From contig NIVC01001592.1 in NCBI GenBank assembly GCA_002269645.1, forward strand, positions 186,001 through 250,000: a stretch of DNA of 64,000 nucleotides, read 5' to 3'. Below, one piece after another: positions 51,388 through 64,000 of the stretch. The stretch's first letter is position 1. Each line of letters starts with the position of its first letter. The stretch comes from Macrostomum lignano (lineage: Eukaryota). The notes under the pieces are model-generated. The model saw only the letters and a program-made list of their open reading frames with translations. It searched no databases and was not told the DNA's origin. Position numbers and translations under genes: made by a program.

Positions 51388-54300
51388 ATGCTTCCACAGG
51401 GTGAACGTCCCGCCCTGGCTGTGCTCACTTCTGGCGGCGACTCGCAGGGCATGAATCCCGCGATTCGGGCCACAGTTAGAATGGGCATCTACTGTGGATT
51501 TCGAGTCTATTTGGTTTATGAAGGATACGAGGTAATTTGTTTGGCAAATTACTCATAATGGATAGAAATAGGCACAAAGCCTAGTCATAGAATTAAGCAC
51601 ATAGCCTAACTGTAGACATAAATAGGCACATAGCCTAGTCATAGATATAAAAGGAACATAGCCTAGACATAAGCAAGTAGCCTGGCCATAGACATAAGCA
51701 AGTAGCCTGGCCATAGACATTAGCAAGTAGCCTGGCCATAGACATTAGTAAGTAGTCTGGCCATAGACATTAGCAAATCATCTGGCCATAGACATTAGCG
51801 AGTAACCTGGCCATAGACATTAGCAAGTAGCCTGGCCATAGACATTAGTAAGTAGTCTGGCCATAGACATTAGCAAATCATCTGGCCATAGACATTAGCG
51901 AGTAACCTGGCCATAGACATTAGCAAGTAGTCTGGCCATAGACATTAGCAAGTAGTCTGGCCATAGACATTAGCAAATCGTCTGGCCATAGACATTAGCA
52001 AGTAGTCTGGCCATAGACATTAGCAAGTAGTCTGGCCATAGACATTAGCAAATCGTCTGGCCATAGACATTAGCAAGTAGTCTGGCCATAGACATTAGCA
52101 AGTAGTCTGGCCATAGACATTAGCAAATCGTCTGGCCATAGACATTAGCAAGTAGTCTGGCCGTAAACAACTTGATTCTATCGTCAAAACTTCAGCTAGT
52201 ATAAGTTTTTCGCTCTCGCCGTTACCCACCCAGGGCATGATCGGTGACGGAGAGCCGCCGCTCAACCGCGAGATGATCCGCGAAGCTACGTGGGCCTCGG
52301 TGTCCAATGTGACCCAGCTGGGCGGCACCATTATCGGGTCGGCTCGGTCGGCGCGATTCCGTACGCGCGAAGGGCGCCTATTAGCGGCTCGCAATTTAGT
52401 TAGGCGCGGTATTAATAACCTGGTGGTGATTGGAGGCGACGGCTCGCTAACAGGTGAGGGAAATTCAAACTTTCTAATCTTGATTCCACGGTTTGTCAAC
52501 TTCTAGACCCTTAATCCTGGTGTCAATATCTAGTGACTTGAACACAGTCCTTGAATTCCTTACTCTTTATATATCAGAATCCGAACTTATCCTAAAGTTA
52601 GAATACCCAAAAAGTATAAATGCTAATATTTAGGTTATAAATCTTTTATATACCCTTGCTGAAATTCCTAAAGTCTTTGTTCTAACCTCTTTAATTGTTG
52701 AAACCCGAATCTCCGACACCCAGGATCACAGGAAGCTTAAATCCCGGACATTCAAGAATCCCAGAATTCCCAAATCTTAGAAATCCAGAGTATCAAGAGT
52801 ATCATTAAAATCACCAATCAATGCCTAAACAATTAAATTAAAGAGTGCAAATATTTAAAGTGCATCGCGTGCTTGCCTTCCAGGCGCGGACCTATTCCGA
52901 CGCGAGTGGCCAGCTCTGCTAGAAGATCTGCACAGGTCCGGCGCCATCACCGAGCGACAGAGGATGGACTACGGCCTGCTGCACATTGCTGGCATGGTCG
53001 GCTCCATTGATAACGACTTCTGCGGCACAGATATGACTATTGGCACAGACTCCGCCCTGCATCGCATTATGGAGGCCTGCGACGCCATTGTAACAACTGC
53101 TCAGAGCCATCAGCGGGCATTCGTCATGGAGGTGATGGGCCGGCACTGCGGCTACCTGGCGCTGGTGTCCGCCCTATGCTGCGAGGCTGACTTCTTGTTC
53201 ATCCCGGAGGAGCCGCCGGCGCCCGATTGGCCCGACGTGATGTGCAACCATCTGAGCAAGGTTGGTTGCTTTCTTTGCGGCCTTGGTGGGTCAGGTCAGC
53301 TGATTAATTGCCTTGGTGGGTCAGGTCAGCTGATTAATTGCCTTGGTGGGTCAGGTCAGCTGATTAATTGCCTTGGTGGGTCAGGTCAGCTGATTAATTG
53401 CCTTGGTGGGTCAGGTCAGCTGATTAATTACCTTGGTGGGTCAGGTCAGCTGATTAATTACCTTGGTGGGTCAGGTCAGCTGGTTAATTAACTTGGTGGG
53501 TCAGGTCAGCTGGTTAATTGCCTTAGTGGATCAGGTCAGCTGGTTAATTGCCTTGGTGGGTCAGGTCAGCAGGTTAATTACCTTGGTGGGTCAGGTCAGC
53601 TGGTTAATTGCCTTGGTGGGTCAGGTCAGCAGGTTAATTACCTTGGTGGGTCAGGTCAGCTGGTTAATTGCCTTAGTGGATCAGGTCAGCTAGTTAATTG
53701 CCTTAGTGAATCAGATCAGCTGGTTGGTGGGTCAGCTTAGCTGGTTAATTGCCTTAGTGGTGGGTCAGGTCAGGTCTGGTGCTAGCAGCTGATGGGTTAC
53801 AGTGTGTCAGGCCCAATACCCAGTCGCCCGCATGTGTTCACACCGACCTCCCGCCCCGCAGGCTCGCACCCAGGGCGGCAAGCGGCTCAACATTGTAATC
53901 GTGGCCGAGGGCGCCATCGATACGGAAGGCGCGCCGATTAGCGCCGCTTCGGTTCGCGACGCCATTGTGCAGCGCCTAAACTACGACACCCGGATCACCG
54001 TGCTCGGCCATGTGCAGCGCGGCGGCGCGCCGTCGGCTTTCGATCGCCTGCTGGGCTGCCGGATGGCCGCCGAAGCCGTCCTGGCGTTGGTTGACGCCCG
54101 CGCAGATCCCGACTTGCCGTCAACCGTTGTCAGCTTGGAGGCCAATCAGGCTGTGCGGCTGAACCTCATGGACTGCGTTCAGCGGACTAAGGCGGTTAAT
54201 GAGGCTATCATGGCTAAGGAGTATGCCAGGTGTGTTTTAGAGTTTTAGATGTTACAAAAACCAATGCTTTTAAGCATTGCAGAATCCCGAGTGGGTGTTT

Positions 54301-57300
54301 CAAGGTCATTTAAGAATCCTGAATAGGTGTTGTAAGGTCATTTGAGATTCCCGAGTGGATGTTTCAAGGTCATTTGAGAATCCCGAGTGGGTGTTTCAAG
54401 GTCATTTGAGAATCCCGAGTGGGTGTTTCAAGGTCATTTGAGAATCCCGAGTGGGTGTTTCAAGGTCATTTGAGAATCCCGAGTGGGTGTTTCAAGGTCA
54501 TTAGAGAATCCCGAGTGGGTGTTTCAAGGTCATTTGAGAATCCCGAGTGAGTGTTTCAAGGGTCATTTAAGGACCTTAATGGATGCTGGGGATCAGATGA
54601 GAACTTCCGAGAGAGTGCTTTGAGTGGGTCGCTTTCATAAGACCGAAGTTTCACAACGCTGATAGGCTACCTACTGCATGGTCCTTCATAAGACCGAAAT
54701 TTCACATTGTAGAAAACTCAATATGCAAGGCCCTTTTTAAGACCGAAATTTCATATCGTAGAAAACAATATAACAAGGACCATGCAGAATTTTCGGCGTT
54801 GTGAAATTTCTGTCTTATGAATCCCCTCCCCCTTGAGTAGCTTGAGGGCGGCAAATTATTATTGAGTTCTACTTGCCGATTTCGTCAGCAACAAAGCAAT
54901 AACCTTCTCTAAAATGTGCAGGTCCGTTGAGCTGCGCGGCAAGTCGTTCCAGAATAACCTCATCACCTACCGGACACTAAAGAAGCTGCACTCACCCGCG
55001 GCCAGTCTGCAGTCCCAGACGGCCTCCCCAACTCTGTTAGTAGTGATGGTTGGAGCCCCCGCCTGCGGCGCCAACGCCTGCATTCGTTCGTTCGTGCGCA
55101 CCGGCATTAGCAACGGCTTCCGCGTGCTCGGCGTCAACGGCAGCTTTGAAGGCTTGGCCCGGGGCAATATTCGCCAATTAACCTGGGAGTGTGTGACCGG
55201 CCTGACAGCCACTGGGGGCAGCTTTCTTGGCACCAAGCGGGCCACGGCGGCGGAAGTTGGACTGGACAAGGTGGGCTGATATTCAGTTGAAGTATCATGT
55301 ATGTAGCCTTGGTTTCATAGTGCTTATCTTACGCAGTCATATTTCAAATCCACCTGCCGTCTCTCTGAGGCTCACTGTCTGACTCTCAACGGCTCATTTC
55401 TTGACTGTCAGCAGCTCTCTGTCTGACTCCCAACGGCTCGTTTCTTGACTGTCAGCAGCTCTCTGTCTGACTCTCTACGGCTCATTTCTTGACTGTCAGC
55501 AGCTCTCTGTCTGACTCTCAACGGCTCATTTCTTGACTGTCAGCAGCTCTCTGTCTGACTCTCTACGGCTCATTTCTTGACTGTCAGCAGCTCTCTGTCT
55601 GACTCTCAGCGGCTCATTTCTTGACTGTCAGCAGCTCTCTGTCTGACTCTCTACAGCTCATTTCTTGACTCTCAGCAGCTCTCTGACTTTCAACGGCTCA
55701 TTGCCTGACTCTGAACGGCTCATTTTCCGACTTTCAATGGCCAATCAGATCTCCGACGCGCTAGCCAAGGTCGGCAACCTAAGCGGCATCCTACTAATTG
55801 GCGGATTCGAAGCCTACACCTCCATGGTGCAGCTGCACGAGAGCCGTTTGACCTACCCGGTCTTCGGCATACCCCTGCTACTGGCGCCCTGCACCATCTC
55901 CAACAATGTGCCCGGCACGGACTTCTCAATCGGGGCCGACACCGCTCTGAACGAGATTGCTCAAATAATCGACAAGCTCAAACAGTCGGCCGTTGGCACC
56001 CAGCGCCGGGTGTTTGTTGTGGAAACCATGGGCGGCAACTGCGGCTATTTGGCCACCCTGGCCGGACTGGCCGGCGGAGCTGACGCCGCCTACATCACCG
56101 AGGACAAATTCGACCTCTCCGTGCTGCTCGACGATGTCCGGCATCTTAAAAAGAAAATGGTGGATGGCAGCGCCCAGCAGATTGGACTGATTCTGCGCAA
56201 CGAGAATGCCAATGAGAATTACAGCACTGACTTTGTCTATCGGGTGTTCAAAGAGGAGGGCAAAGGCGTGTTTGACTGCCGATCCAATGTGCTGGGACAC
56301 ATGCAGCAGGGTGAGTAGAACCGCACCTGTGTGCTATTAACACATTACCTACCACACCTCATTGTTCATTAATTAACATCTGAACAATCTCATGGCCAAC
56401 CATAGAATGCCATAGCCACTCCTGAAGGATCCCATGGCCACCCTGAAAGATCCCATGGCCACCCTGAAAGATCCCATGGCCACCCTGAAGGATCCCATGG
56501 CTACCCTGAAGGATCTCATGGCCACCCTGAAGGATCCCATGGCTACCCTGAAAGATCCCATGGCCACCCTGAAGGATCCCATGGCTACCCTGAAGGATCC
56601 CATGGCCACCCTGAAAGATCCCATGGCCACCCTGAAAGATCCCATGGCCACCCTGAAAGATCCCATGGCTACCCTGAAGGATCCCATGGCCACCCTGAAA
56701 GATCCCATGGCCACCCTGAAAGATCCCATGGCCACCCTGAAAGATCCCATGGCCACCCTGAAGGATCCCATGGCTACCCTGAAGGATCTCATGGCCACCC
56801 TGAAGGATCCCATGGCTACCCTGAAAGATCCCATGGCATACATGCGCAACTGCTGGCCGACCTGGCCGATCCGGCCACCGTAAATCGTGGCTGACCAGGG
56901 GTAAGTCGCAAAATTGAGTCAACCAAAAACAGAAAAACACAAGAACCAAGAAAGGCAAGAGGAAAGCGAAAGAAAGAGCAGTTCAGGGAAAATCGTGAAG
57001 CAAAAGAAAAACAATTCGCAAAAGAAGCAAACTAAGTTGTAAAAATAATCAGGTACTGGTAAGTCGCAACAGGAATCAGGTAAGTCGCAAAAGAAGCAAA
57101 CTATGTCGCAAAAAGGATCAGGTAAGTCGCAAAAGGGTTAGGTAAGTCACAAAAAGGATTAGGTAAGTCCCAAAAAGGATTAGGTAAGTCGCAAAAAGGA
57201 TTAGGTAAGTCGCAAAAGGATTAGGTAAGTCGCAAAAAGGATTAGGTAAGTCGCAAAAGGGTTAGGTAAGTCGCAAAAGGATTAGGTAAGTCGCAAAAGG

Positions 57301-60300
57301 ATTAGGTAAGTCGCAAAAGGATTAGGTAAGTCGCAAAAGGATTAGGTAAGTCGCAAAAGGATTAGGTAAGTCGCAAAAAGGATTAGGTAAGTCGCAAAAA
57401 GAAGCAACTAAGTCGCAATAAGAGGGAAGTAAGTCACAATCAGAGGCAATCAGGGGTAGTAGGTGCAAGTGTGGCAGGAGAGCAAAAACAGAATAGAAGC
57501 CTTCAACAACAGACAAGATCTTTGAAATCAGAAGCCCGCGTCAACAGTTTCCCATTGATTTCTTAAACTCTGGAGCAGGGGTCGGCAAACTCCGGCTCGC
57601 GAAGCCCCTCTATCTGGCCCTCGCCCCTCGGGTTCTTTGAAACTTCCTAACTACGAGTAGCAAGGTTGGTGTCTCTTCAACTCTCATCTCTCTCTTCTTC
57701 TCTACCTTGCCTCCCCTCTTCTCTCTCCCCCCTTTCTCTCAGTCTCTCTCCTCTCATTTTTACTCTCCTCTCTTCTCCCCCTTTCTCTCTACCCTTTCTC
57801 CTCAATGCCCTCTTCTCTCCTCTTATCTTCAGCAAAAATATGTGCATATTTTCTTACTTCAAAGTAGAGGAAATAGAAGATTAGAGATAAGCAAACAGAG
57901 GAGAGGCGAGCGATGCGATGGGAGAAAAGATAGAAAAGGAGAGAAAAGCTGAGGGAGGAAAAAGAGATGAGAGAGAAGAGGAGATGAGAGGAAAGAGGAA
58001 AGAAAAGATGATGGATGAGATCAGAAGAGAGGAAAGAGGAAAGAGGAGAGAGTAGATGAGAGAAGAGAGGATAAAGAGGAGATGAGAGGAGAGTGAAGAG
58101 AGGAGAGATGAGAGAGTAGAAAAGAGAGGAGAGATAAGATGAGAGAGTAGAGTGGAATGGAGAGAGACGAGAGGAGAGATAAGAATGTAGAGAGGAGACA
58201 GAAGAGATAGGAGAGGAGAGGAAAGAGAGGAGAGAGGAGAGGAAAGAGAGAAGGGATAAGGGATGAGAGAGAAAAGAAAAAGAGGATGAGAAGATTGAGG
58301 AATGGAGAGAATTTGCAAAGGCCTCAAATCTTAGTTTAACATGCATTACTCCCATCTTTGCCTTTTTCCTAACTGTTAACAAGTTTTTGTTTGAGCATGA
58401 CTTCAAATTTAGAATCTATGCAAAAATAGTTCCGGGAATTAGAATTCAGTGGTTTAAAAATCTGTGGGTTTTCACAGCTTGTATCTCTACTGGATTCGTA
58501 TTCTGCATCTGATGAGCCATCTGAGTCAGGGCTCTCATCTTCCATGCCAAATCGTCTAGCAAATCGTTCTTGAGCTATAGGTCACACTGTATTCACTTCA
58601 CTTACTTCTGGACATTCATGAATCATGACTTTTGTAGTATGCTCACTACACTGTACTGACAATTTACTAATTGCTTCATGCCGCCACTAGATGACATACT
58701 GATTAGCTGTTATAAAAACGCGGAATCTGCACGCAGCACTAATTAGCTGGCGAGGCATTTAGCTTTAAAAAATATGGTCATAGTTACTCCTGCCGTTTAC
58801 CTAAAGTTTTTGCTTGGCTCTTTCATAGGTAAGTCGCATTTTTTATCGAAAACTAAGTCGCACGGCCAGCGTAATTTTAGAAGTTGCGCATGTATGTCCC
58901 ATGGCCACCCTGAAGGATCCCATGGCTACCCTGAAGGATCTCATGGCTACCCTGAAGGATTCCATGCCACACTGAAAGATCCCATGGCCACCCTGAAAGA
59001 TCGCATGGCCACCCTGAAGGATCCCATGGCTAGCCTGAGGAATCACATGGCCACCCTGAAGGATCCCATGGCTAGCCTGAGGGATCCCATGGCTAGCCTG
59101 AAGGATCACATGGCCACCCCGAAGGATCCCATGGCTAGCCTGAAGGATCCTATGGCCACCCTATAGGATCCCATGGCTACCCTGAAATATCCATGGCCAC
59201 CATGAAGGATTCCATGGCCACCCTGAAGGATCCCATGGCTACCCTAAAGGTTCCCATGGCCACCCCTGAACAATCCCATAGCCATCTTTCAGAGATCTCC
59301 CGATTACCCTGAACAAAGAGCAGAAAACATTAGATTAAAAATTCGGTAGCTAAGCAGCAGATTGAAGGCTGCAACAAATCATGCATTAATCAGAAATGCA
59401 AAAAGTACGAGATAAAAGCAGCAACTGTTAACTGTGCCACTCATTACTGGCTGTCCTGTGCAGTGCAATACGACCGAACAGCTAGTCAACAATTTCTATT
59501 TGGCGAGTTCATAGAGAGGTCATCAAATTAAACTTGCGGTGCAGAAACTTCGATAAGACTCAAACCCCCACAATTCACTGCGTGTCTGCATAAGCCTCTG
59601 TTGGCGCCTAGTAAATCACTGGACCCTGAACTTTGCTAATGCTAGTTGTGACAGCTAACCCAGTGTTTGTTGGAGACAACTGGAAATAGTTGAGTCAATG
59701 TGGAATTACCCCCAGACCCTGTCTAGACCAATGCAAAACAGTATAGTTTGACTAAGTGAAGGGGCTGTTGACTATTGCGCGTCAGTTAAAAAAGAGCTAA
59801 TCTACACAAAGAAAACACAGCAAAAATTTTAATCGCAGCGCTGTTTTTTATTTGTTATCTTTATTATATTCACTTTACATGTAAATAGCGTGTTGTAATG
59901 ACACCGAAAAGGAATTAAATCCTCTGACAACAGCTGACCACAGCTGACCACAGACAGACAGACAGACACTAAGACACTAAAACAAACAGACAGGCAGTCA
60001 GACACTAAGACACTAAAACAAACAGACAGGCAGTCAGACACTAAGACACTAAAACAAACAGACAGGCAGTCAGACACTAAGACACTAAAACAAACAGACA
60101 GGCAGTCAGACACTAAGACACTAAAACAAACAGACACACAGTCAGACATTAAGACACACAGTAAAACAGGCAGGCAGGCAGACAGACAGGCACTAATACA
60201 CTAAAACAGACAGGCAAGCAGGCAGACAAACAGGCAGGCAGACAGACAGGTACTAAAACAGGCAGGTAGGCAGGCAAGCAGGCAGACAGACAGATAGACA

Positions 60301-61275
60301 CTAAGACACTAAAACAGACAGACAGACAGGCAGTCAGACAGACAGACACTAAGACACACAGTAAAACAGGCAGGCAGGCAGGCAGAGAGACAGGCACTAA
60401 GACACAGGCAGGCAGGCAGGCAGGCAGACAGACAGACACTAAAACAGGCAGGCAGACAGACACTAAAACAGGCAGGCAGACAGACACTAAAACAGGCAGG
60501 CAGACAGACACTAAAACAGGCAGGCAGACAGACACTAAGACACTAAAACGGGCAGGCAGACAGACACTAAGACACTAAAACAGGCAGGCAGACAGACACT
60601 AAGACACTAAAACAGGCAGGCAGGCAGGCAGGCAGATAGGCAGGCAGACAGACAGAGACACTAAGACACACACTAGAACAGACAGGCAGGCGGGCAGATA
60701 GGCAGACAGACAGACACTGACACTAAAAACAGACAAACAGACAGGCAGGCAGGCAGGCATACAGGCACTTAGACACACACTAAAACAGACAGACAGGCAG
60801 GCAAACAGCCAGACGCCAAAGACCCCAAATAACCCCGGCAGGCGGCACGCCATCGCCCTACGACCGCAACTTGGCCACAAAGTTTGGCGTCAAAAGCGCC
60901 GATTGGTTTCTGCGCGCGCACAGCGCGGCAACTGCGGCGGCTACCAAGAACTCCACAGATGGAGAAGCCGTCGGAGACGCAGCCGATTGCGGCGACGACA
61001 TCGACAGCCTGTCGGTGGACTCGCACCTGGCCAGGGCCGGCATCATCGGCATCACGCGGCGCGGCACGGCAATCCGGCCCCTCAGCGAGCTGCTGCCAGT
61101 CACCGACTTCAAGCTGCGGATGCCCCGCGCCGACACGCAATGGTGGCTCCGTCTGCGCCCGCTGCTGCGCATTCTGGCTAAGCACGAGTCCGTGTACGAG
61201 AGCGACTCGGTGCCCAGGTCTCTGTCCGAGCAGAGCTTTGTTAGCGACGATCAAGTTTGGATCACGCTTGGCTGA
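51388..61275 (+). CDS. PFK: ATP-dependent 6-phosphofructokinase, eukaryotic two-domain type; join(51388..51531,52234..52453,52884..53260,53862..54229,54922..55270,55749..56310,60842..61275), ~817 aa
   Basis: [122 protein letters not shown]. All six introns are GT-AG with compatible phases; the exon total of 2454 nt is divisible by 3. The exact N- and C-termini are uncertain. Confidence 0.95.
51640..52162. repeat. 25-bp intronic minisatellite (TGGCCATAGACATTAGCAAGTAG(C/T)C)n
   Basis: About 20 units in the first PFK intron. Confidence 0.93.
53281..53775. repeat. 30-bp intronic minisatellite (CCTTGGTGGGTCAGGTCAGCTGATTAATTG)n
   Basis: About 14 units that degenerate towards the 3' end. Confidence 0.93.
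54284..54570. repeat. 32-bp intronic minisatellite (GTTTCAAGGTCATTTGAGAATCCCGAGTGGGT)n
   Basis: About 8-9 units. Confidence 0.9.
55370..55715. repeat. 44-bp intronic minisatellite (AGCTCTCTGTCTGACTCTCAACGGCTCATTTCTTGACTGTCAGC)n
   Basis: About 7-8 units ending just before the exon acceptor at 55748. Confidence 0.9.
56425..59290. repeat. 21-bp minisatellite (GGATCCCATGGCCACCCTGAA)n, split by a 2-kb insertion (arrays 56425-56836 and 58897-59290)
   Basis: The same unit occurs on both sides of the insertion; explains the [14 protein letters not shown] and GHGIFQG ORFs. Confidence 0.93.
56837..58896. mobile_element. 2060-bp non-autonomous TIR element (hAT or P type) with an internal 20/21-bp repeat and an AG-rich tract
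   Basis: 15-bp TIRs CATACATGCGCAACT / AGTTGCGCATGTATG; 8-bp TSD TCCCATGG; internal (GGATTAGGTAAGTCGCAAAA)n at ~57050-57415; polypurine tract at ~57880-58320. Confidence 0.85.
59940..60815. repeat. Compound CAGA/GGCA-derived minisatellite (including 36-bp units) before the last PFK exon
   Basis: cagtcagacactaagacactaaaacaaacagacagg x4, followed by variable cagg/caga units. Confidence 0.88.
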
Positions 61276-61475
61276 GAGTTGAACGACGCATTGTGAACGA
61301 TTTATGTTAGTCCTGGAACGGGGGCGCTCTTTTATTTGCAGCGCTCATGCTTTTGACATTAGGGAATTAGCAGAAATTTCAAGCAAAATTTTTTCCGCCC
61401 GTCGAACTACCAAGAGACAAACATTTTGTTGCGCACCTTCTCAAACAAGAATCAAGTCGTATCGTATTCAATAGT

Positions 61476-61618
61476 CATACATGCGCAACCTTGGGAATCA
61501 CTCGGCCGTTTCTATTGGCAACACACACATGTACGAGCTAAGTCGCTATTGGCTTAGAGCAGTCAAATGTGTGTTGCCAATAGAAACGGCCGGGTGAATC
61601 CCAAGGTTGCGCCCAAGC
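61476..61618. mobile_element. Second, partly deleted copy of the 49591-49762 palindromic MITE
   Basis: catacatgcgcaaccttggg...gaatcccaaggttgcgcccaagc; no TSD seen. Confidence 0.75.
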
Positions 61619-64000
61619 CCCAAATTTCATCAGCACGTCGTCTACCACATGTGTCTGCATCAGCTCTGACTCCGTTGGTCACCGACTTGAGAGTCCAGCA
61701 GTTAAGGTTCGCCCACTGTCGAGGCTTGATAAGCGGAACTAGAGAAATTCACAACAGGGTGTCCATAGTGCCTGTTGCCACCTGTTGCCACCTGCTGAAT
61801 GTGCAGAAGCTCTGCCTGGGTGAAGGCCAGTCCAACAAAGTCAGAAATCTGGGGTCAGAATTTAAAATCAACACCGGAAATCAAATAATTATGTACTTTC
61901 CGGAGTGATCTATGGTAACGAAAGTTCTGTTGCTAATGACGCTCTTTTGGGATCAATTTCAACCGTATGGACATGGTACAGTCAAAACTGGATTTGTATC
62001 ATCCAACAATATTTTGAACATTTTTCTTGGGTCGCTTATTGCTATTGTAGGAAATGTCACAATTTAGAAAACTTTTTTATCTGTTGGCACTGCACGCTGT
62101 AACAAATTTTATAGTATATTAATTATGAAATTTATAGTTTGATTTCATTTCCGGTTTGTGTAGAAATTTAAAATTTGCGCTTCCGAGTCTTCTGGCATTC
62201 AATCGATGTTATTCCATATCTATTTGCCACTGAGAGTTTCATGCGCCAAACTTAATAATATGAATTTGCGTTTCTCTGAACTCTATTTTTATTACTAAGT
62301 AGTGAGTTCGATATTTTTGCTGTTCTAGCAGTAAGGTATTATTTATTATTGTCTAGTGCGTTCCAGCAAATAGCCATTTTTATTATTTTATTCTAGCTAT
62401 ATCCTACTTTTAGTAGCTAACTCTAGTTGTTTTGTCCAATTAGTTGATAGCAATAATTAGCGGTTGTGTTTTCTATCCAAATTATCCAATGGTGCAATAC
62501 AACAATACTTTGTCATAATGATGCTAATCCTGATGATTTATTGCAGTAGGCCTAAGCTGCTGTCTTCCCGTATATATCATTTTTATAAATTTACATGTAA
62601 AGTAAGCTAAGTATTAGTCAGCAAATTCAAATATAAAGAATTTATCTAGCAAAACTTTTAAGTCAGTTACAGCAACCTAGAAATTTCATTCCGAAATCTG
62701 TAGTTGGTACTTAAAAACGAGCAAGTCTCTGGTGTTATACTTTATTTCTTATTGCATATTTACACTATCTTTAATGTCAATAACGGTGGAAGCAAAATGT
62801 GGTTAGCGTAAGCGCATGTCAGTGCAGGAATATACAATAATACATATATATAATATGGACAAGCCGTGTACCTCGCGGATAAGCTACTGGTTTCTATTTG
62901 CTAAGGATTTTATTACTAGTGGATTTTACTGGTTGAGATTTCGGTAGTTCGCTGCCACCAGGTTTCCTGCTTTCCCTAATTCTAGTACTTAGATTAAATA
63001 AGTGAGTCAGGACACCAAAGATTATAGTTTAACAGTTTGGAAATATTTGATAATAAAAGAAATGCGTACAAAAGGTTATTTTACATTAGTTCCTAGTTTT
63101 ATTCCCGTTGTGCGTTGGGCAAGATTCCCAATATTAGAGGCAAGACTCCTCTGTGCAAGCCTAAATTATATTTCCTTTAATTTTTCCCATCTTACCACTT
63201 CCTTCGTGAATTCTAAGTTTAACTGTTCGAGGACAGGAGAAGACACTCCAAACGGTTTTCTTTCCCAAGAGCCCAACTGCTCTGTAGTTCTAAAGGAACC
63301 CCGATTTTAGCCACTTACACCTGCTCTAATTATTTCCCCGGGTTGAAACTACTGATAGTAGGCAAAAGCACATTTAAACCTGCATTAATTCCCGTTCCTA
63401 AAAACTGCCCTATTACAAATACATAATACATATATACATATACATAACTATGTGAATTGCTTAAAATTATTTTTACTATTATATTAATTAAAGCTTATCA
63501 ATTCGTACTACACTTATATATTGTAAAATCAATTCGTACTACACTTATATATGCATTATCACTATAATTAGGCTTTGCACTAATTCATCTGCAGAAGACA
63601 GTTTGCTCTAGATAGGCATTTAAAATCTCAGAAATAGACACTTAATAAAATAGGTAATAGTTAAGTTTTTCAACCAAGCCTTTTTAAATGGCAATAAGAG
63701 TGCCATTCTTTTGTAAATTTTTTGTTTTAATATAGTACTCAGAACAGTTTTATCACTTTAAAACAGTATAAATCGCTAAAAAGGAATAATATAGTTAGAC
63801 ATGATTCAAGTTCTAAATTTGAGAAAATATTACAAAGCAAATTTATTTTACAAAAAATATGTATTAGGTTAGGTGTAAAGTAAGTTTTGTAAAGTTAAGC
63901 CATACTTATATTTTTGACCATACATCATTTCAAGCATATTTATGCAGATGTACGACTTGAAACATTACATGTAGTTTGCCAGGACTTATTGATTTACTCA

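Noticed and set aside
58505-58545. CTGATGAG hammerhead-like core
   Set aside because: No GAAA after a stem II and no closing stems.
56359-59166. [14 protein letters not shown] and GHGIFQG repeat ORFs
   Set aside because: All arise from a 21-bp intronic minisatellite that is open in several frames and split by a transposon.
62940-63360. Possible exon or ORF 63002..63310 downstream of PFK
   Set aside because: No homology recognised; candidate minus-strand splice frames contain stops.

Overview
This is eukaryotic (metazoan, probably invertebrate) genomic DNA with AT-rich intergenic and intronic sequence, GT-AG introns, TTAGGG-type telomere-like motifs and a very high load of transposons and tandem repeats. 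The GC-rich exons and minisatellite-filled introns are reminiscent of flatworm or other lophotrochozoan assemblies, but that is inference only. Three host genes can be supported: (1) a spliced CMC4 (twin Cx9C) gene on the minus strand at about 0.3-1.1 kb; (2) an uninterrupted 1644-aa ankyrin-repeat ORF (20228-25162, minus); (3) a 7-exon ATP-dependent 6-phosphofructokinase (51388-61275, plus) whose introns each hold a different minisatellite. Mobile elements were delimited from their termini and target-site duplications (TSDs): a 5.9-kb RNase H-containing LINE (LOA/R1/I group, 13-bp TSD) whose 3' part plus flank is tandemly duplicated (2481-bp unit); a P-superfamily (THAP9-like) transposon with perfect 44-bp TIRs and a 7-bp TSD; a hAT deletion derivative (8-bp TSD); a long-TIR Mutator/FB-NOF-like element (9-bp TSD) with a nested MITE; and several smaller MITEs. 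The most unusual structure is inside the P element. Its otherwise open 964-aa transposase frame is split by a 6.5-kb insertion that carries a 5.2-kb higher-order satellite, ends like a Helitron, is flanked by a 12-bp direct repeat, and could in principle be spliced out in frame. I see no prokaryotic features, rRNA or CRISPR array. Most short ORFs in the track are artefacts of repeats.
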